Both the position numbers and the translations under genes were made by a program. The notes beneath the pieces are model-generated. The model was not told the DNA's origin. It searched no databases and saw nothing but the letters and a program-made list of their open reading frames with translations. A DNA stretch of 38,456 nt from a virus, in the IMG/VR virus record IMGVR_UViG_3300045988_124250; one strand, written 5' to 3'. How positions within the stretch are numbered: position 1 is the stretch's first letter; the number at the start of each line of letters is the position of its first letter. Below are positions 7,876 to 16,878 of the stretch, one piece after another.

Positions 7876-8532
7876 TCAAAACTTGGGAAAACATTTTACC
7901 TCAAAGGGCGCGTCCCATGCGTGGACATTCTTGGTGTATCGCTTGTGCATCTTCTGACAGGCAAGGAAAATTTCCATTTCCTGCATAGCGTCAGACAGGG
8001 CGGTGTGTTCTTCCTCAAAGTCAGGATTGCCGTGGAGATAACCATACACCGCTTCGACAGAGGTTGCACAGGTCTTGCCATTCTTGGAACGCTTGCCATG
8101 TTCTCGGCAGTATTCCGCGTAGGATTTCTTGTGGGTGATAGTTTCCAGTGCCATGAGATACAGGTCGATGAACTCGAAAGTGTCCAGCAGGTCGCGGAAA
8201 CAGGTCTTGCAGAAGTCAAAACCGGAATTGTACGCCATCACATAGCGAACGCCGTAATGGTCGCACAGGTTTTTGATTACCTCATAGGCTTCGCGCTCCG
8301 TGGCGATAGCGGAGATTTCGCCAGCTTTGAGCCGTTCGGCATACTTGGGAAAATTCTTCTTGGCATAGCCATCGGTGGCGATTTCGTCATAATGCTCCAT
8401 CACCAGCAGGGAAGTGGTGGCAAGGATTTCGCCCTTGCGGTCGTGGATAATCGCGCCCACATTATACATTCCCGTGGGGTGAGCCGCGCCGCCTACCGTT
8501 TCAGTGTCCAGCGTGCAGTAGATATTTTTCAT
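7876..8532 (-). CDS. DEDDy-type 3'-5' exonuclease (DnaQ-like)
   Basis: Exo I LDTETVG, Exo II MAYNSGFDF and Exo III YLHGNPDFEEEHTALSDA motifs. AAAGGAG SD. TGA stop. Confidence 0.7.
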   Translation of the reverse strand: MKNIYCTLDTETVGGAAHPTGMYNVGAIIHDRKGEILATTSLLVMEHYDEIATDGYAKKNFPKYAERLKAGEISAIATEREAYEVIKNLCDHYGVRYVMAYNSGFDFCKTCFRDLLDTFEFIDLYLMALETITHKKSYAEYCREHGKRSKNGKTCATSVEAVYGYLHGNPDFEEEHTALSDAMQEMEIFLACQKMHKRYTKNVHAWDAPFEVKCFPKF

Positions 8533-8645
8533 TGTTCATTCTCCTTTTCTCTTGGTTGGGCTTACCATCGTGTCCCATACCTTAATTACATTACATATTA
8601 TAGCAAATAGGGGCGAGATTGTCAACCCCTATTTGCTATTTTTTT

Positions 8646-9092
8646 TTACAGGTTTCGCAGGATTTCCATAAGCAGGTCGGCATTATATGCCATATTGTGG
8701 GTGTTTGCCGTCCACTCGTTGAGATTGCGCTGTTCATCATCGAACAGAATAGACGCGGGGCAGGTGGCGCAGGTGGATTTGGGGACGCCATAGGGGACAA
8801 TATGGATTTCGTCCCACTGAACGCTGGGGAGATGCTTTGCCAGCCAGTCGCGCTTGACCTCGGCAACCTCGGCATTGAACTTATCCGTTCCGCTCTTGGA
8901 CAGCCAGCTGATGATGCCGATATTGTAGCCCCGCGCCTGTAAGCGGTTCAGATAGCGGGCGAGGGTGGAGAGGTTCACAAGGGGCTTTGCCACACGATAT
9001 GGTGTGCTGTCCTGTGCTTCGAGGCACTCCAACCAGTTGGGGACGCCGTAAAAATCAATCACCGTCCCATCGAGATCGAGGTAAATAGTCAT
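8646..9092 (-). CDS. HAD-superfamily phosphatase, possibly a 5'(3')-deoxyribonucleotidase
   Basis: N-terminal YLDLDGTV (DxDGT) and later FDDEQRN (DD motif). GAAGGAG SD. TAA stop. Confidence 0.6.
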   Translation of the reverse strand: MTIYLDLDGTVIDFYGVPNWLECLEAQDSTPYRVAKPLVNLSTLARYLNRLQARGYNIGIISWLSKSGTDKFNAEVAEVKRDWLAKHLPSVQWDEIHIVPYGVPKSTCATCPASILFDDEQRNLNEWTANTHNMAYNADLLMEILRNL

Positions 9093-9156
9093 ACTTTTTG
9101 TCTCCTTCGTTTTATTGTATTTACATTATAACGCCTATTCTCCTATTTGTCAAGAG

Positions 9157-9900
9157 TTATTTTACAAATTCCCAAAATAATTTTTCACCCGTATCAGGGT
9201 CTACTCCCGCGCTTTTACGCTCTCCTTTCAAACATTTACTAATGTTGCTTTGTGGAACGCCATAGTATCGAGCCGCCGCTGATTGAGACTCAAATACACG
9301 ATTAGTAGTTAAACAAATTACTGCTTTACTATTAGCAATACTTCCAGCCTTTCGCCATTCATTTACTTGTGCTTGGTGCTCTTCTGGATGTTCTTGTTGC
9401 CATTTTTCTTTTGCCTGATTTAATCTTATTACTTGTTGTTTAACGAGTTCAGGATTTTCTTTTAATCGCTTATGACTTGCTTCTAACATTGGCTTAATAC
9501 ATTTTTCTTTGTATTCTTCTGGATGAGTATCACACCATTTCCGCAAATGTTCCCCATTTCGTTTATACATGGCTTGCGCTTCTTCTGGATGTTGTTCCAG
9601 CCATCTTTGACAACTGCGCCAGCCGTCTCCACCTGTGCCACCTTCCGCATTATTATAAAAATTATCATCATTTACTGCGTTGTATAATTGGATGTATTCT
9701 CGTTCTTTTGCGTCGGCTTCTTCTCTTGTTTCACAAAAACACAAAACACTTTTAGTAAAATTCTCCTTGCCATACTTGCTAATTGCTTTTAGTATAGTTG
9801 TTCCACTACCTAAATAGTTATCGTCTGGGCGTCCTTTGTGCTATCCAATGTATTGTTTGCCGTTAATTTTATTTGTTGTTATGTAAACGTAATAGTCCAT
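9157..9900 (-). mobile_element. freestanding GIY-YIG homing endonuclease gene (Seg/I-TevI-like) containing an in-frame TAG at 9841-9843
   Basis: MDYYVYITTNKINGKQYIG-(TAG)-HKGRPDDNYLGSG... followed by a C-terminal NUMOD-like AVICLTTNRVFESQSAAARYYGVPQSNISKCLKG. The gene is AT-rich (~35% GC) inside ~50% GC DNA and has its own TTGACA-N17-TATAAT promoter at 9936-9964. Confidence 0.6.
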
Positions 9901-10032
9901 TTTTAGACCATCCTTCCATCTATGTCATTGATATTATTATACAAAAAATTTTTAGAATTGTCAAATTTTCGTTGGTTATTTCGCACAAACTTTCGGGATG
10001 CGCACTTGGTCAAATTTGTTCAATTTACCTAT

Positions 10033-10126
10033 TGACAAAATTGCTGGCAGGGTGTATAATGGAAATTTCGAGCGCCAGGGCCGTGGGCGCTCGGCCGAGT
10101 ATAGCACAAATAGGGGCGTTTGTCAA
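10033..10126. promoter_or_regulatory. A-element copy
   Basis: TTGACA(10033)-16-TATAAT(10055)-GG-aaatttc-GAGCGCC-agggccgtg-GGCGCTC-...AGTATA-17-TGTCAA(10121). Confidence 0.55.
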
Positions 10127-10177
10127 TAGGTAAAATGAACAAAAAAAATCTCCCAAATTTGGGAGATTTTTCAATTA

Positions 10178-10384
10178 TTACTTCTTGACAGTGATGCTGA
10201 AAATAGAGCGTAGGAGTGCGATAATGAGCCAAATGACCAACGCCAGTTTCCACGAAAACACGATGGCGATAGAGCCGATGGACGCGATGCCAATCATAGG
10301 GAGAAGCCAGCAGAGAAGCCAGACCAGCCCAGCAGTAAACAGGAACGAAATGCCAAGGGCAATAACCATTATCAGAATAGTAAT
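10178..10384 (-). CDS. small two-TM membrane protein
   Basis: MITILIMVIALGISF... with an AGAGAGGTG SD. TAA stop. Confidence 0.45.
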   Translation of the reverse strand: MTILIMVIALGISFLFTAGLVWLLCWLLPMIGIASIGSIAIVFSWKLALVIWLIIALLRSIFSITVKK

Positions 10385-10388
10385 CATT

Positions 10389-10586
10389 TTATTCACCTCT
10401 CTTAAATACGATGGTTTTGTGTGTGGTAAAGGTTGCTCCACGAACAAGCGGGTCATTTGCCAGGTCATTTGCGATGAACGACAGAGTTTCGTTTTCGTCC
10501 TTGAACCACTCGCTATTAGTGAAGCGTTCGCCCCAAGTGGTTATGCCCCACCACTCAACATTGTAGTACACATCTTTGATTTCCAT
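10389..10586 (-). CDS. hypothetical small protein (65 aa)
   Basis: MEIKDVYYNVEWWG... with an AAGGAGG SD. Confidence 0.5.
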   Translation of the reverse strand: MEIKDVYYNVEWWGITTWGERFTNSEWFKDENETLSFIANDLANDPLVRGATFTTHKTIVFKRGE

Positions 10587-10599
10587 TGTCGCGCCCTCC

Positions 10600-10749
10600 T
10601 TAGTAGATTTGTTCGCCGTTATGGTAGCGTTCGTATCTCGCTTCAAGGAAGTCGAGAATGAACTCGAAGTCGTCCGCGTCCGCGGGGTCTACGAACGTCT
10701 TTTCAAGGATTTCGCCAGTGTGGTCATTGAAAACTTTAATCATTTCCAT
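10600..10749 (-). CDS. hypothetical small acidic protein (~49 aa)
   Basis: MEMIKVFNDH... with a GGGAGG SD. Confidence 0.4.
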   Translation of the reverse strand: MEMIKVFNDHTGEILEKTFVDPADADDFEFILDFLEARYERYHNGEQIY

Positions 10750-10815
10750 TTTGTTGTCCTCCCTTATTTGATGATACCATTCTAACACAGAGGGGCTGAT
10801 TTGTCAACCTCTATT

Positions 10816-11295
10816 TTACAGATTTTTGCTTTCTGCTACGAAATATTTTGCGCCATACTGCGCCACAATGTCCTTGACCTTTTTGCTCTCGGCTTGCGTG
10901 GCACAATAGAAATTGAATAACGTGTGTTTGTTGCTAATCTCAATGTATGAGTGGGGAATGTCTCGCAGGTCAAAATCAACAGCGGCACGATACTTTGTGG
11001 GGACAGTCATTTCAATCTTCCACAATTTTTCCTTGCGCGCCAACTCCTCCACCCATTTGACCGCCAGCACGCCGATGAAATTACAGGCGGCGGTAATGCC
11101 CATCTTTGCCAGCGTAGAAACGCCGTCAATGTTGGTCAGGATAATGACATAGGAATAGAAGCCATAGGTCAGCGCATTGATACCAGCGGCTACCCACTTA
11201 TTGCCTTTAACAGTCAAAATGGATTTGATGGTGGACAGCACCACATTCACAGCGGTACAGATAATGAATAGAATAATTGCGTTCATAGTCATCAA
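10816..11295 (-). CDS. membrane protein with 3 N-terminal TM helices plus a soluble domain
   Basis: 159 aa with a GGGGAGGA SD. No motif recognised. Confidence 0.55.
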   Translation of the reverse strand: MMTMNAIILFIICTAVNVVLSTIKSILTVKGNKWVAAGINALTYGFYSYVIILTNIDGVSTLAKMGITAACNFIGVLAVKWVEELARKEKLWKIEMTVPTKYRAAVDFDLRDIPHSYIEISNKHTLFNFYCATQAESKKVKDIVAQYGAKYFVAESKNL

Positions 11296-11492
11296 TCCTC
11301 CCCGAACATAGCTTCCGCCAACCAGTACATAGATGTGCGCAGGTGAGACTGGATTTCAAACAAATCATCACTCAAATTTTGAGCGGCTTGCTTGTCCTCG
11401 CTGTTGGACAGGTTTTTCTTTTCTGCGGCGATTTCGATTGACAGTTGCTCCAACTCATTAGCAACTTGTTTCAGCTTAGAGGGGATGTTCAT
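11292..11492 (-). CDS. hypothetical coiled-coil protein (66 aa)
   Basis: Start MNIPSKLKQ with the conserved AAAGGAATTGATACT-ATG region. TTGACA-N17-TATTAT promoter at 11524-11552. Confidence 0.5.
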   Translation of the reverse strand: MNIPSKLKQVANELEQLSIEIAAEKKNLSNSEDKQAAQNLSDDLFEIQSHLRTSMYWLAEAMFGED

Positions 11493-11638
11493 AGTATCAA
11501 TTCCTTTCTTAATTTCTATTATAATAATAACACATTTATTTGAAAATGTCAAGAAAAATTTTTGCCGTAGTTAAATTCTCACAGGATTAGTTTTTTGTTC
11601 CGTGTAGTTAGTCAGAACTAAACCTGACAAGAGGGGCG

Positions 11639-12010
11639 TTAATGCCCCTCCGTCAGTTTGTTATACATACTCCATAAGGTATCACAGGAATTGTTTGTGT
11701 TTTCAGCCATCCATACAATTTGTTCATCAGTCGGCAGGTATTTATCATCTTGAAAACCAAACCATCTATCACAGGATTGGTATGCCTTATACTCGTCCTC
11801 TGTCAGCTTGCCACGCAACCGCCAATCCCAGCGGATAGAACTTATCAGAGTATACGCGCATGCGCCCGCGATAGTCAGGGTCAGAATGGCGACAGCCGCA
11901 TACAGCACGAATGTGGATTTGAACATACCATACACCAGCAGGATAAAACCACACAGAATGAGGAAATTGCGCGCCCATTTTTTGAGCGTCAGTTTCTGAA
12001 AATCAGACAT
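11639..12010 (-). CDS. membrane protein (2 TM)
   Basis: AAGGAG SD. The C-terminal domain is paralogous to 12025..12201. Confidence 0.55.
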   Translation of the reverse strand: MSDFQKLTLKKWARNFLILCGFILLVYGMFKSTFVLYAAVAILTLTIAGACAYTLISSIRWDWRLRGKLTEDEYKAYQSCDRWFGFQDDKYLPTDEQIVWMAENTNNSCDTLWSMYNKLTEGH

Positions 12011-12024
12011 TGTTCTTACTCCTT

Positions 12025-12201
12025 TCAGTTTAGTCTGTCAAACAGATTCCACAGCGTTTCAGTGGAAATGGACGTTTCATCCATCATTTCGCGGATTTGC
12101 TCCTCGGTGGATAGGTATTTTTCATTTCGCCAGAGAATAGAGCGGATAATCGCCCACGCGCACCCGCCTACGGCGATTAGTGCCAATACAATATTAAACA
12201 C
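12025..12201 (-). CDS. small membrane protein, truncated paralog of 11639..12010 (GTG start)
   Basis: VFNIVLALIAVGGCAWAIIRSILWRNEKYLSTEEQIREMMDETSISTETLWNLFDRLN compared with ...LPTDEQIVWMAENTNNSCDTLWSMYNKL. AGGAG SD. Not present in the ORF track. Confidence 0.4.
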   Translation of the reverse strand: MFNIVLALIAVGGCAWAIIRSILWRNEKYLSTEEQIREMMDETSISTETLWNLFDRLN

Positions 12202-12412
12202 TTTCTCTACTCCTTAACATATTGTCAGTAAATTCATTAGAGAACTTCTCGGCAAAATCATCATCATAGGCGCGATTGGCGATTACCTCCATAACCGTCT
12301 CAATGCCGGACATAAAGTAGGGATTGCCATTGATGGCGTCATACCGCCCGTGGAACATAGGGCATTCACGCAGGTCTGCGAAAACCGCCTGATACGCTTG
12401 CTTTAAATCCAT
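12194..12412 (-). CDS. hypothetical protein (72 aa)
   Basis: AAGGAGG SD. Proximal TTGACT-N17-TACAAT promoter. Confidence 0.55.
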   Translation of the reverse strand: MDLKQAYQAVFADLRECPMFHGRYDAINGNPYFMSGIETVMEVIANRAYDDDFAEKFSNEFTDNMLRSRESV

Positions 12413-12518
12413 AATACATACCTCCTTGTTTCAGTATAGCCATTGTACTACATTACGGGATAGAAGTCAATCGTCAAAATGCACAAAATTGCGGCGAAAA
12501 ATTTGTGAAGTATACCTA

Positions 12519-12570
12519 TTGACAAAAATGCCGGGCGCCACATTCGTGAGCGCGCGGCCGAAAATGTCAA
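12519..12570. promoter_or_regulatory. truncated A-element (hairpin between TTGACA and TGTCAA, no -10 copies)
   Basis: TTGACAaaaatgCCGGGCGCCacattcgtgaGCGCGCGGccgaaaaTGTCAA. Confidence 0.4.
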
Positions 12571-12626
12571 GTGGAAAATTATACAAAAATTGGGCTGGAT
12601 TTTTGTTCATCCAGCCCAAATGATTT

Positions 12627-12875
12627 TTATTCCTTTCCAAAAATAAAATCCGGTTTGAAAATGTAGAGGAATGCTACGGCGTAATGAAAAATCGGAATGA
12701 TTGAGCCGGTGATAACGGTCAACCAGTTAGAGAACGGACTGCGCTTGCTTTCACCCCGGTTCTTGAATACTTCTTGCGCCTGTTCCTTGTTTTTCTTCAT
12801 AGTCGAAATGATGCTTGCGATACCCAGCCAGTAGAGAACAATACCAATGATGTAAATAATGAGAATGATTTTCAT
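12627..12875 (-). CDS. small membrane protein (82 aa)
   Basis: AAAGGAG SD. Two hydrophobic segments. Confidence 0.55.
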   Translation of the reverse strand: MKIILIIYIIGIVLYWLGIASIISTMKKNKEQAQEVFKNRGESKRSPFSNWLTVITGSIIPIFHYAVAFLYIFKPDFIFGKE

Positions 12876-12899
12876 AAGTGTATCTCCTTTTTATTTGAT

Positions 12900-13106
12900 T
12901 TACTTTCCCGATTTCGGAACGAAGCCACGGCAATACTGGCTTGCCCACGTCCAGTCTTTCATTCTCTTGGTGCATCGGCTCTCACACTGAGAGTTCAGCA
13001 CCTTACCGCAGTTATAGCCCCAGTATTGACAGTGATAACAGCAGACATTGCGGATTTCTAAATTGTAGCGGTTCGCCAGTTCCTCTCGAATTTCAAATGC
13101 GGTCAT
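12900..13106 (-). CDS. Cys-rich small protein (68 aa), possibly a zinc finger
   Basis: CCYHCQYWGYNCG...CESRC. AAGGAGG SD. Confidence 0.5.
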   Translation of the reverse strand: MTAFEIREELANRYNLEIRNVCCYHCQYWGYNCGKVLNSQCESRCTKRMKDWTWASQYCRGFVPKSGK

Positions 13107-13196
13107 TGTTTTTACCTCCTTGTTTCATTGTCTACATTATACCATACCTACTGGTTGTTGTCAATAAAAAAATGTGGAATTTCTCCCACATTTTTT

Positions 13197-13424
13197 TTAT
13201 TTACCGATTTCCACTTTTTCAGTGGGGGCAAGCATTTGAAGCACATTAGCCGTAAGCGCGACATCTACTCTGTCATAGGTATTCCCGCAAGTATCGCCCA
13301 CATAGTCGCAGTCATTATCGGCGATAACGTCATACAATTCATTCAGAATGTCATAGGCGTCGCGCAGGGTTTTCCGCTCTTTCTCTGTCATTTTGACATA
13401 AATGGGGGCTTTAATAACTTCCAT
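13197..13424 (-). CDS. hypothetical protein, tandem paralog of 13439..13669
   Basis: MEVIKAPIYVKMTEKERKTLRDAYDILNELYD..NDCDYVG. Confidence 0.55.
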   Translation of the reverse strand: MEVIKAPIYVKMTEKERKTLRDAYDILNELYDVIADNDCDYVGDTCGNTYDRVDVALTANVLQMLAPTEKVEIGK

Positions 13425-13438
13425 TTTGTTTTCCTCCC

Positions 13439-13669
13439 TCAATTACTAATTTCCAGTTTTTCAGCAGGTGCGAATACTCGGCAGATTTCAGCGGCTTGGC
13501 TGAGGTCAAACCGCCCATAGCCATCACCAGTCAACGGATTGCCCACATACTCGCAGTCATTCTCTTCGGCGGCGTTTACAAGGTCATTCAGAATGACATA
13601 AACCTCATGGAGTGAATTGCGCTCTTCATCACTCAACTTGACATAGATAGGGGACTCAATAAATTCCAT
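13439..13669 (-). CDS. hypothetical protein, tandem paralog of 13197..13424
   Basis: MEFIESPIYVKLSDEERNSLHEVYVILNDLVN..NDCEYVG. AAAGGAG SD. Confidence 0.55.
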   Translation of the reverse strand: MEFIESPIYVKLSDEERNSLHEVYVILNDLVNAAEENDCEYVGNPLTGDGYGRFDLSQAAEICRVFAPAEKLEISN

Positions 13670-13740
13670 TTTGGTATTCTCCTTTCTTTTGGTATTATCT
13701 ATTATAGCAGAAATGGGGCTTGTTGTCAAGCCCCAATTTT

Positions 13741-14064
13741 CTACTTTACCACATAAAATTCAGGGTGGCGTTCCTCATTCTTGCGGATGCGCTTGACCAA
13801 CTGCTGGGGTAGACGGTTCTTGCCAGCACTCTTGTATATAGCGACAGCCCGTTCAAAGGTTGCGGGGTATGCGGTGATGATGAAATTCTCATATAAGTCC
13901 AGCACGAGGATAATACCAGTTGAGAGCAAACGCAGGCGGGCGGTTTGGCGTTGGTCGATGACCTCAATCATCACGCGGTCAGAATATCCGAGGTATTCCT
14001 GTAAGAGGGCGAGCCGGTTAGCCCGCTCCTCTGTCAGATGGTTCGACATAGTGTAGTTTTCCAT
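13741..14064 (-). CDS. hypothetical protein (107 aa)
   Basis: Start MENYTMSNH, chosen to avoid overlap with the upstream gene. Weak SD. Confidence 0.45.
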   Translation of the reverse strand: MENYTMSNHLTEERANRLALLQEYLGYSDRVMIEVIDQRQTARLRLLSTGIILVLDLYENFIITAYPATFERAVAIYKSAGKNRLPQQLVKRIRKNEERHPEFYVVK

Positions 14065-14065
14065 A

Positions 14066-14242
14066 TTACCACCCCATATTGAACACGAAGCGCACCAGAC
14101 CGATACAGGCAACGCCATATAGGATAGAGCCAACGAGGAAGTGCCAGTCGTGCGTCTGACGATAGACCATATAGCCGCCGACACACTGAACGCCAGCGAA
14201 GCCAGCGAGGGCGAGGATTGCGAGGATTGCGATAGTAGCCAT
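14066..14242 (-). CDS. small membrane protein (58 aa)
   Basis: MATIAILAILALAGFAG... with an AAAGGAGG SD. Confidence 0.5.
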   Translation of the reverse strand: MATIAILAILALAGFAGVQCVGGYMVYRQTHDWHFLVGSILYGVACIGLVRFVFNMGW

Positions 14243-14358
14243 TTGAATGACCTCCTTTAATTGATGGTATAAGTATAGCACACCTACTGGGCGTTGTCAA
14301 CCGTCAAATTGCACAAATTTCGGGATAAAAAATTGTTGAAAAAAACAAACACAAAATG

Positions 14359-14455
14359 CTTGACAAATTGGCTGGGCTGTGGTATAATGGAATTTCCGCG
14401 CATCAGGGCCGTAGACGCGCGGCCAAAATTATACCATAAAAATGCTATTTTGTCA
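14359..14455. promoter_or_regulatory. A-element copy
   Basis: TTGACA(14359)-17-TATAAT(14382)-GG-aatttCCGCGCatcagggccgtagacGCGCGG...ATTATA(14427)-17-TGTCAA(14450). Confidence 0.55.
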
Positions 14456-14494
14456 ATAGTCAAAATACACAAAAAAAATGAGCCAAATTTTGGC

Positions 14495-14674
14495 TCATTT
14501 CAAAATCTTAAATTCAACCAGTTCGCCGTCTACCATCTTGTGCCAGTACAGTTTGCCATTGTAGCGGATAGCGCGCAAGCGGTAGTCGTGTCTGTCCCAC
14601 GTGGTATACATTTCATCAACCACATACTCGCCGTAGCGGATAGCGGCGGCTATAAAAGTTTTGCTGTAATTCAT
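14495..14674 (-). CDS. hypothetical small protein
   Basis: MNYSKTFIAAAIRYGEY... with a GAGGTG SD. Confidence 0.45.
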   Translation of the reverse strand: MNYSKTFIAAAIRYGEYVVDEMYTTWDRHDYRLRAIRYNGKLYWHKMVDGELVEFKILK

Positions 14675-14684
14675 TTGTCGCACC

Positions 14685-14906
14685 TCACATCCCGCGGACT
14701 GCGCCGCACTCGCTCATACCATTTTCATCAAAGCGAGCGATAGGTTCACCGTTCATCTCGCGGAGTTCAGCCCACGCTTCACCAAAGCCGCCATCAGCCA
14801 GCATCAGCCGCACCAGTTCACACGCTATTTCAAACTTATTCCACGCGGCTTCATCACCGCTCACGCGCACGACCTCGACATTATTGACTACTACACTGTA
14901 TTCCAT
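14685..14906 (-). CDS. hypothetical small protein
   Basis: MEYSVVVNNVEVVRV... with a GAGGGAGG SD. Confidence 0.5.
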   Translation of the reverse strand: MEYSVVVNNVEVVRVSGDEAAWNKFEIACELVRLMLADGGFGEAWAELREMNGEPIARFDENGMSECGAVRGM

Positions 14907-14989
14907 CTTGAATACCTCCCTCATTTGATAATACAATTATAGCACGCTTATTTGTGTTTGTCAATAGAAAAAATAAAAAAAAATCCAGG

Positions 14990-15262
14990 TCAAGCCTGGA
15001 TTTTTTCAACGGTGATGATATTGGAATTGTCCCAGGGGTAAGACACGGAAAACTGCTCATATAGGCCATATATAAACCGCGTCCAGCCGTTGGTACAGAA
15101 CTGTCTACGCCATTCCCGCTCCAAAGGGCGCAACTCCCACAGGATATACAGCTGTTCCTCGATAAGGTCGCAGAGACTGGTATCAACATCCCACTGGATG
15201 GTAGCAGTCTCGCTATGCTGTGCCTCGCTGTCGATGAACCGAACCTTGTACTCACGCGTCAT
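14990..15262 (-). CDS. hypothetical small protein
   Basis: MTREYKVRFIDSEAQ... with a GAGGAGG SD. Followed by the hairpin aatccaggcttgacctggatt plus a T-tract. Confidence 0.5.
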   Translation of the reverse strand: MTREYKVRFIDSEAQHSETATIQWDVDTSLCDLIEEQLYILWELRPLEREWRRQFCTNGWTRFIYGLYEQFSVSYPWDNSNIITVEKIQA

Positions 15263-15378
15263 AATGATGACCTCCTCTGTTTTATGTATACAGTATAGCA
15301 CAGGGGCGCGTAAATGTCAATAGTCAAAATGCACAAATTTCGGGATTTGGAATGTATGATTTTTGTTTGATTTGCCTA

Positions 15379-15474
15379 TTGATAAAATTGCTGGGACATG
15401 GTATAATGGTAAATTTCGCGCGCCAGGACCGTGGGCGCGCGACCGAGTATAACACAAATGGGGCAGAATGTCAA
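15379..15474. promoter_or_regulatory. A-element copy
   Basis: TTGATA(15379)-17-TATAAT(15402)-GG-taaatttCGCGCGCCaggaccgtgGGCGCGCG...AGTATA-17-TGTCAA(15469). Confidence 0.55.
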
Positions 15475-15552
15475 TAGGCAAAATCACCAAAATTTTCAAC
15501 CGAATTATGGGCATAATGCCATATAAAAAAAACAAGGGCTTTCGCCCTTGTC

Positions 15553-15744
15553 TTAGTAGCCCCGCCTTTCCAGTCTTTCCAGCCTATCGGCGAGGGAACG
15601 CGCCAGCAGAACTTTTTTCCATTTCATCAGCTCGGCTTTGTTGCCCTCGGTGTTCGCCCAGATGCCCCAGGTGATGCCCTCGTTGATGATTTCCGCTTTC
15701 TTCATACCCATCAGGTTTTCGAGATACTGTTCAAAATTTGTCAT
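15553..15744 (-). CDS. hypothetical small protein (63 aa)
   Basis: AGAGGAG SD. Terminator hairpin aagggcgaaagccctt lies downstream. Confidence 0.5.
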   Translation of the reverse strand: MTNFEQYLENLMGMKKAEIINEGITWGIWANTEGNKAELMKWKKVLLARSLADRLERLERRGY

Positions 15745-15854
15745 AGCGTTTAGCTCCTCTCTTTTGATGGTTTAATTATAGCACCTATTTCGGGATTTGT
15801 CAATACCTTTTTCAAAATTTTTTCAAAAAATAATAGGGCTTTCGCCCTATTATT

Positions 15855-16163
15855 TTAGCAGTAGGCAAGCGTCATAGTCGCCCATTTCAGCACGGAAATT
15901 TGATTACACGCTTTGCCGATTTCCATAGCTTCACGCTTTGTCGCCACGCGCTTGCTTTTGTCGATGTAATACACGCCCTCACTGAACCACACGCCACAGT
16001 TGCCGCCGTAGTCTCTCACCGCGTCAATGGCTTCTTGTGCGGTCTTACACTCGATGCCCTCAGTGGCAACCTGCCAACCGGATTTGTAGTTTACCTTTTT
16101 GCCCAGTTTGAGCGTCAGCCCGTCATTGTTGCCCAACTTGCGGATAGAACGAATGTTAATCAT
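15855..16163 (-). CDS. hypothetical protein (102 aa)
   Basis: AAAGGAG SD. Proximal TAGACA-N17-TATAAT promoter. Terminator hairpin atagggcgaaagccctat lies downstream. Confidence 0.55.
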   Translation of the reverse strand: MINIRSIRKLGNNDGLTLKLGKKVNYKSGWQVATEGIECKTAQEAIDAVRDYGGNCGVWFSEGVYYIDKSKRVATKREAMEIGKACNQISVLKWATMTLAYC

Positions 16164-16283
16164 AGTGTGTATCTCCTTTGTTGTTTTGTTGTATTCATTA
16201 TAACACGCTTATTTCATTTTGTCTATTGGCAGACTATACAAATCGGGATAGCGAATTTTGTGCGAAATTTTCGCATTTTTCTC

Positions 16284-16345
16284 TTGACAACTGGTGGACT
16301 GCTGTGGTATAATATTTCGGAGCGCCACGTGCCTAATGAGCGCGA
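16284..16345 (+). promoter_or_regulatory. plus-strand TTGACA-N18-TATAAT promoter facing antisense into 16394..16582, a diverged A-element
   Basis: TTGACA 16284-16289 and TATAAT 16308-16313, followed by a GC hairpin-like segment and the TTAAAATTTTAACAAT motif shared with the 17.3-18.0 kb region. Confidence 0.4.
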
Positions 16346-16393
16346 CGATGCTCGTTAAAATTTTAACAATCCAACAGTAAAAAAATAGGACGC

Positions 16394-16582
16394 TTACTCA
16401 GCGTCCCAGGTCAGGATTTCCTCTGCGGTCAAGCCGTAAGGAGCGATTGCCCTTGCCAGTCTCTGTTCAGCGTCAGCGGAGAAATTCGACTGATAGTAGT
16501 AGTCCATCAGATTACAAATGCCAGCCCAGTCATCAGCGGGGATTTCGTCGATGATGTTCTCGATTTCATAGATGTTCTTCAT
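16394..16582 (-). CDS. hypothetical small acidic protein (62 aa)
   Basis: GAGGTA SD. Terminator ggacgctgagtaagcgtcc plus T7 on the minus strand. Confidence 0.5.
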   Translation of the reverse strand: MKNIYEIENIIDEIPADDWAGICNLMDYYYQSNFSADAEQRLARAIAPYGLTAEEILTWDAE

Positions 16583-16651
16583 TTTGCGTACCTCATTTCT
16601 TAATTTCTGTATTTATTATAACACGCTTATTTGTGTTTGTCAATAGTTTTT

Positions 16652-16686
16652 TCAAAAAAAAATAGGGCTTGCGCCCTATTTTTTTA
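16652..16686 (-). terminator. intrinsic terminator (bidirectional: A8-hairpin-T7)
   Basis: atagggcttgcgccctat stem-loop flanked by an A-run and a T-run. It is followed on the minus strand by TTGACA-N17-TATAAT for 16394..16582. Confidence 0.7.
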
Positions 16687-16878
16687 CTTGATTTTCAGAA
16701 TTTCCTTGCCCAGCTTGCCGGACTTGAATACGCGGCGAACGCTCACAATGTTGGCTTTCCGCAAAAACCCTATTGCGATGTTGTGGGCTTCGTTACCCGT
16801 ACGGGCGATGATGGAAAGGGTCTGCCCCTCGGCGTTGATACAGATGTAGGTATTAGCGATAGTGCGTGTCATTGTCAT
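16684..16878 (-). CDS. hypothetical small protein (64 aa)
   Basis: MTMTRTIANTYICINAEGQ... with an AAGGAGG SD. Confidence 0.5.
   Translation of the reverse strand: MTMTRTIANTYICINAEGQTLSIIARTGNEAHNIAIGFLRKANIVSVRRVFKSGKLGKEILKIK

Noticed and set aside
187-8610. Antisense shadow ORFs such as 187..384(-), 934..1170(+), 1034..1297(+), 3392..3727(+), 4507..5136(+), 5720..6157(+), 7921..8610(+), 10185..10661(+), 11720..12217(+) and 15900..16358(+)
   Set aside because: They lie opposite better-supported genes that have SD sites, promoters and terminators. The GC-rich antisense frames are open by chance.
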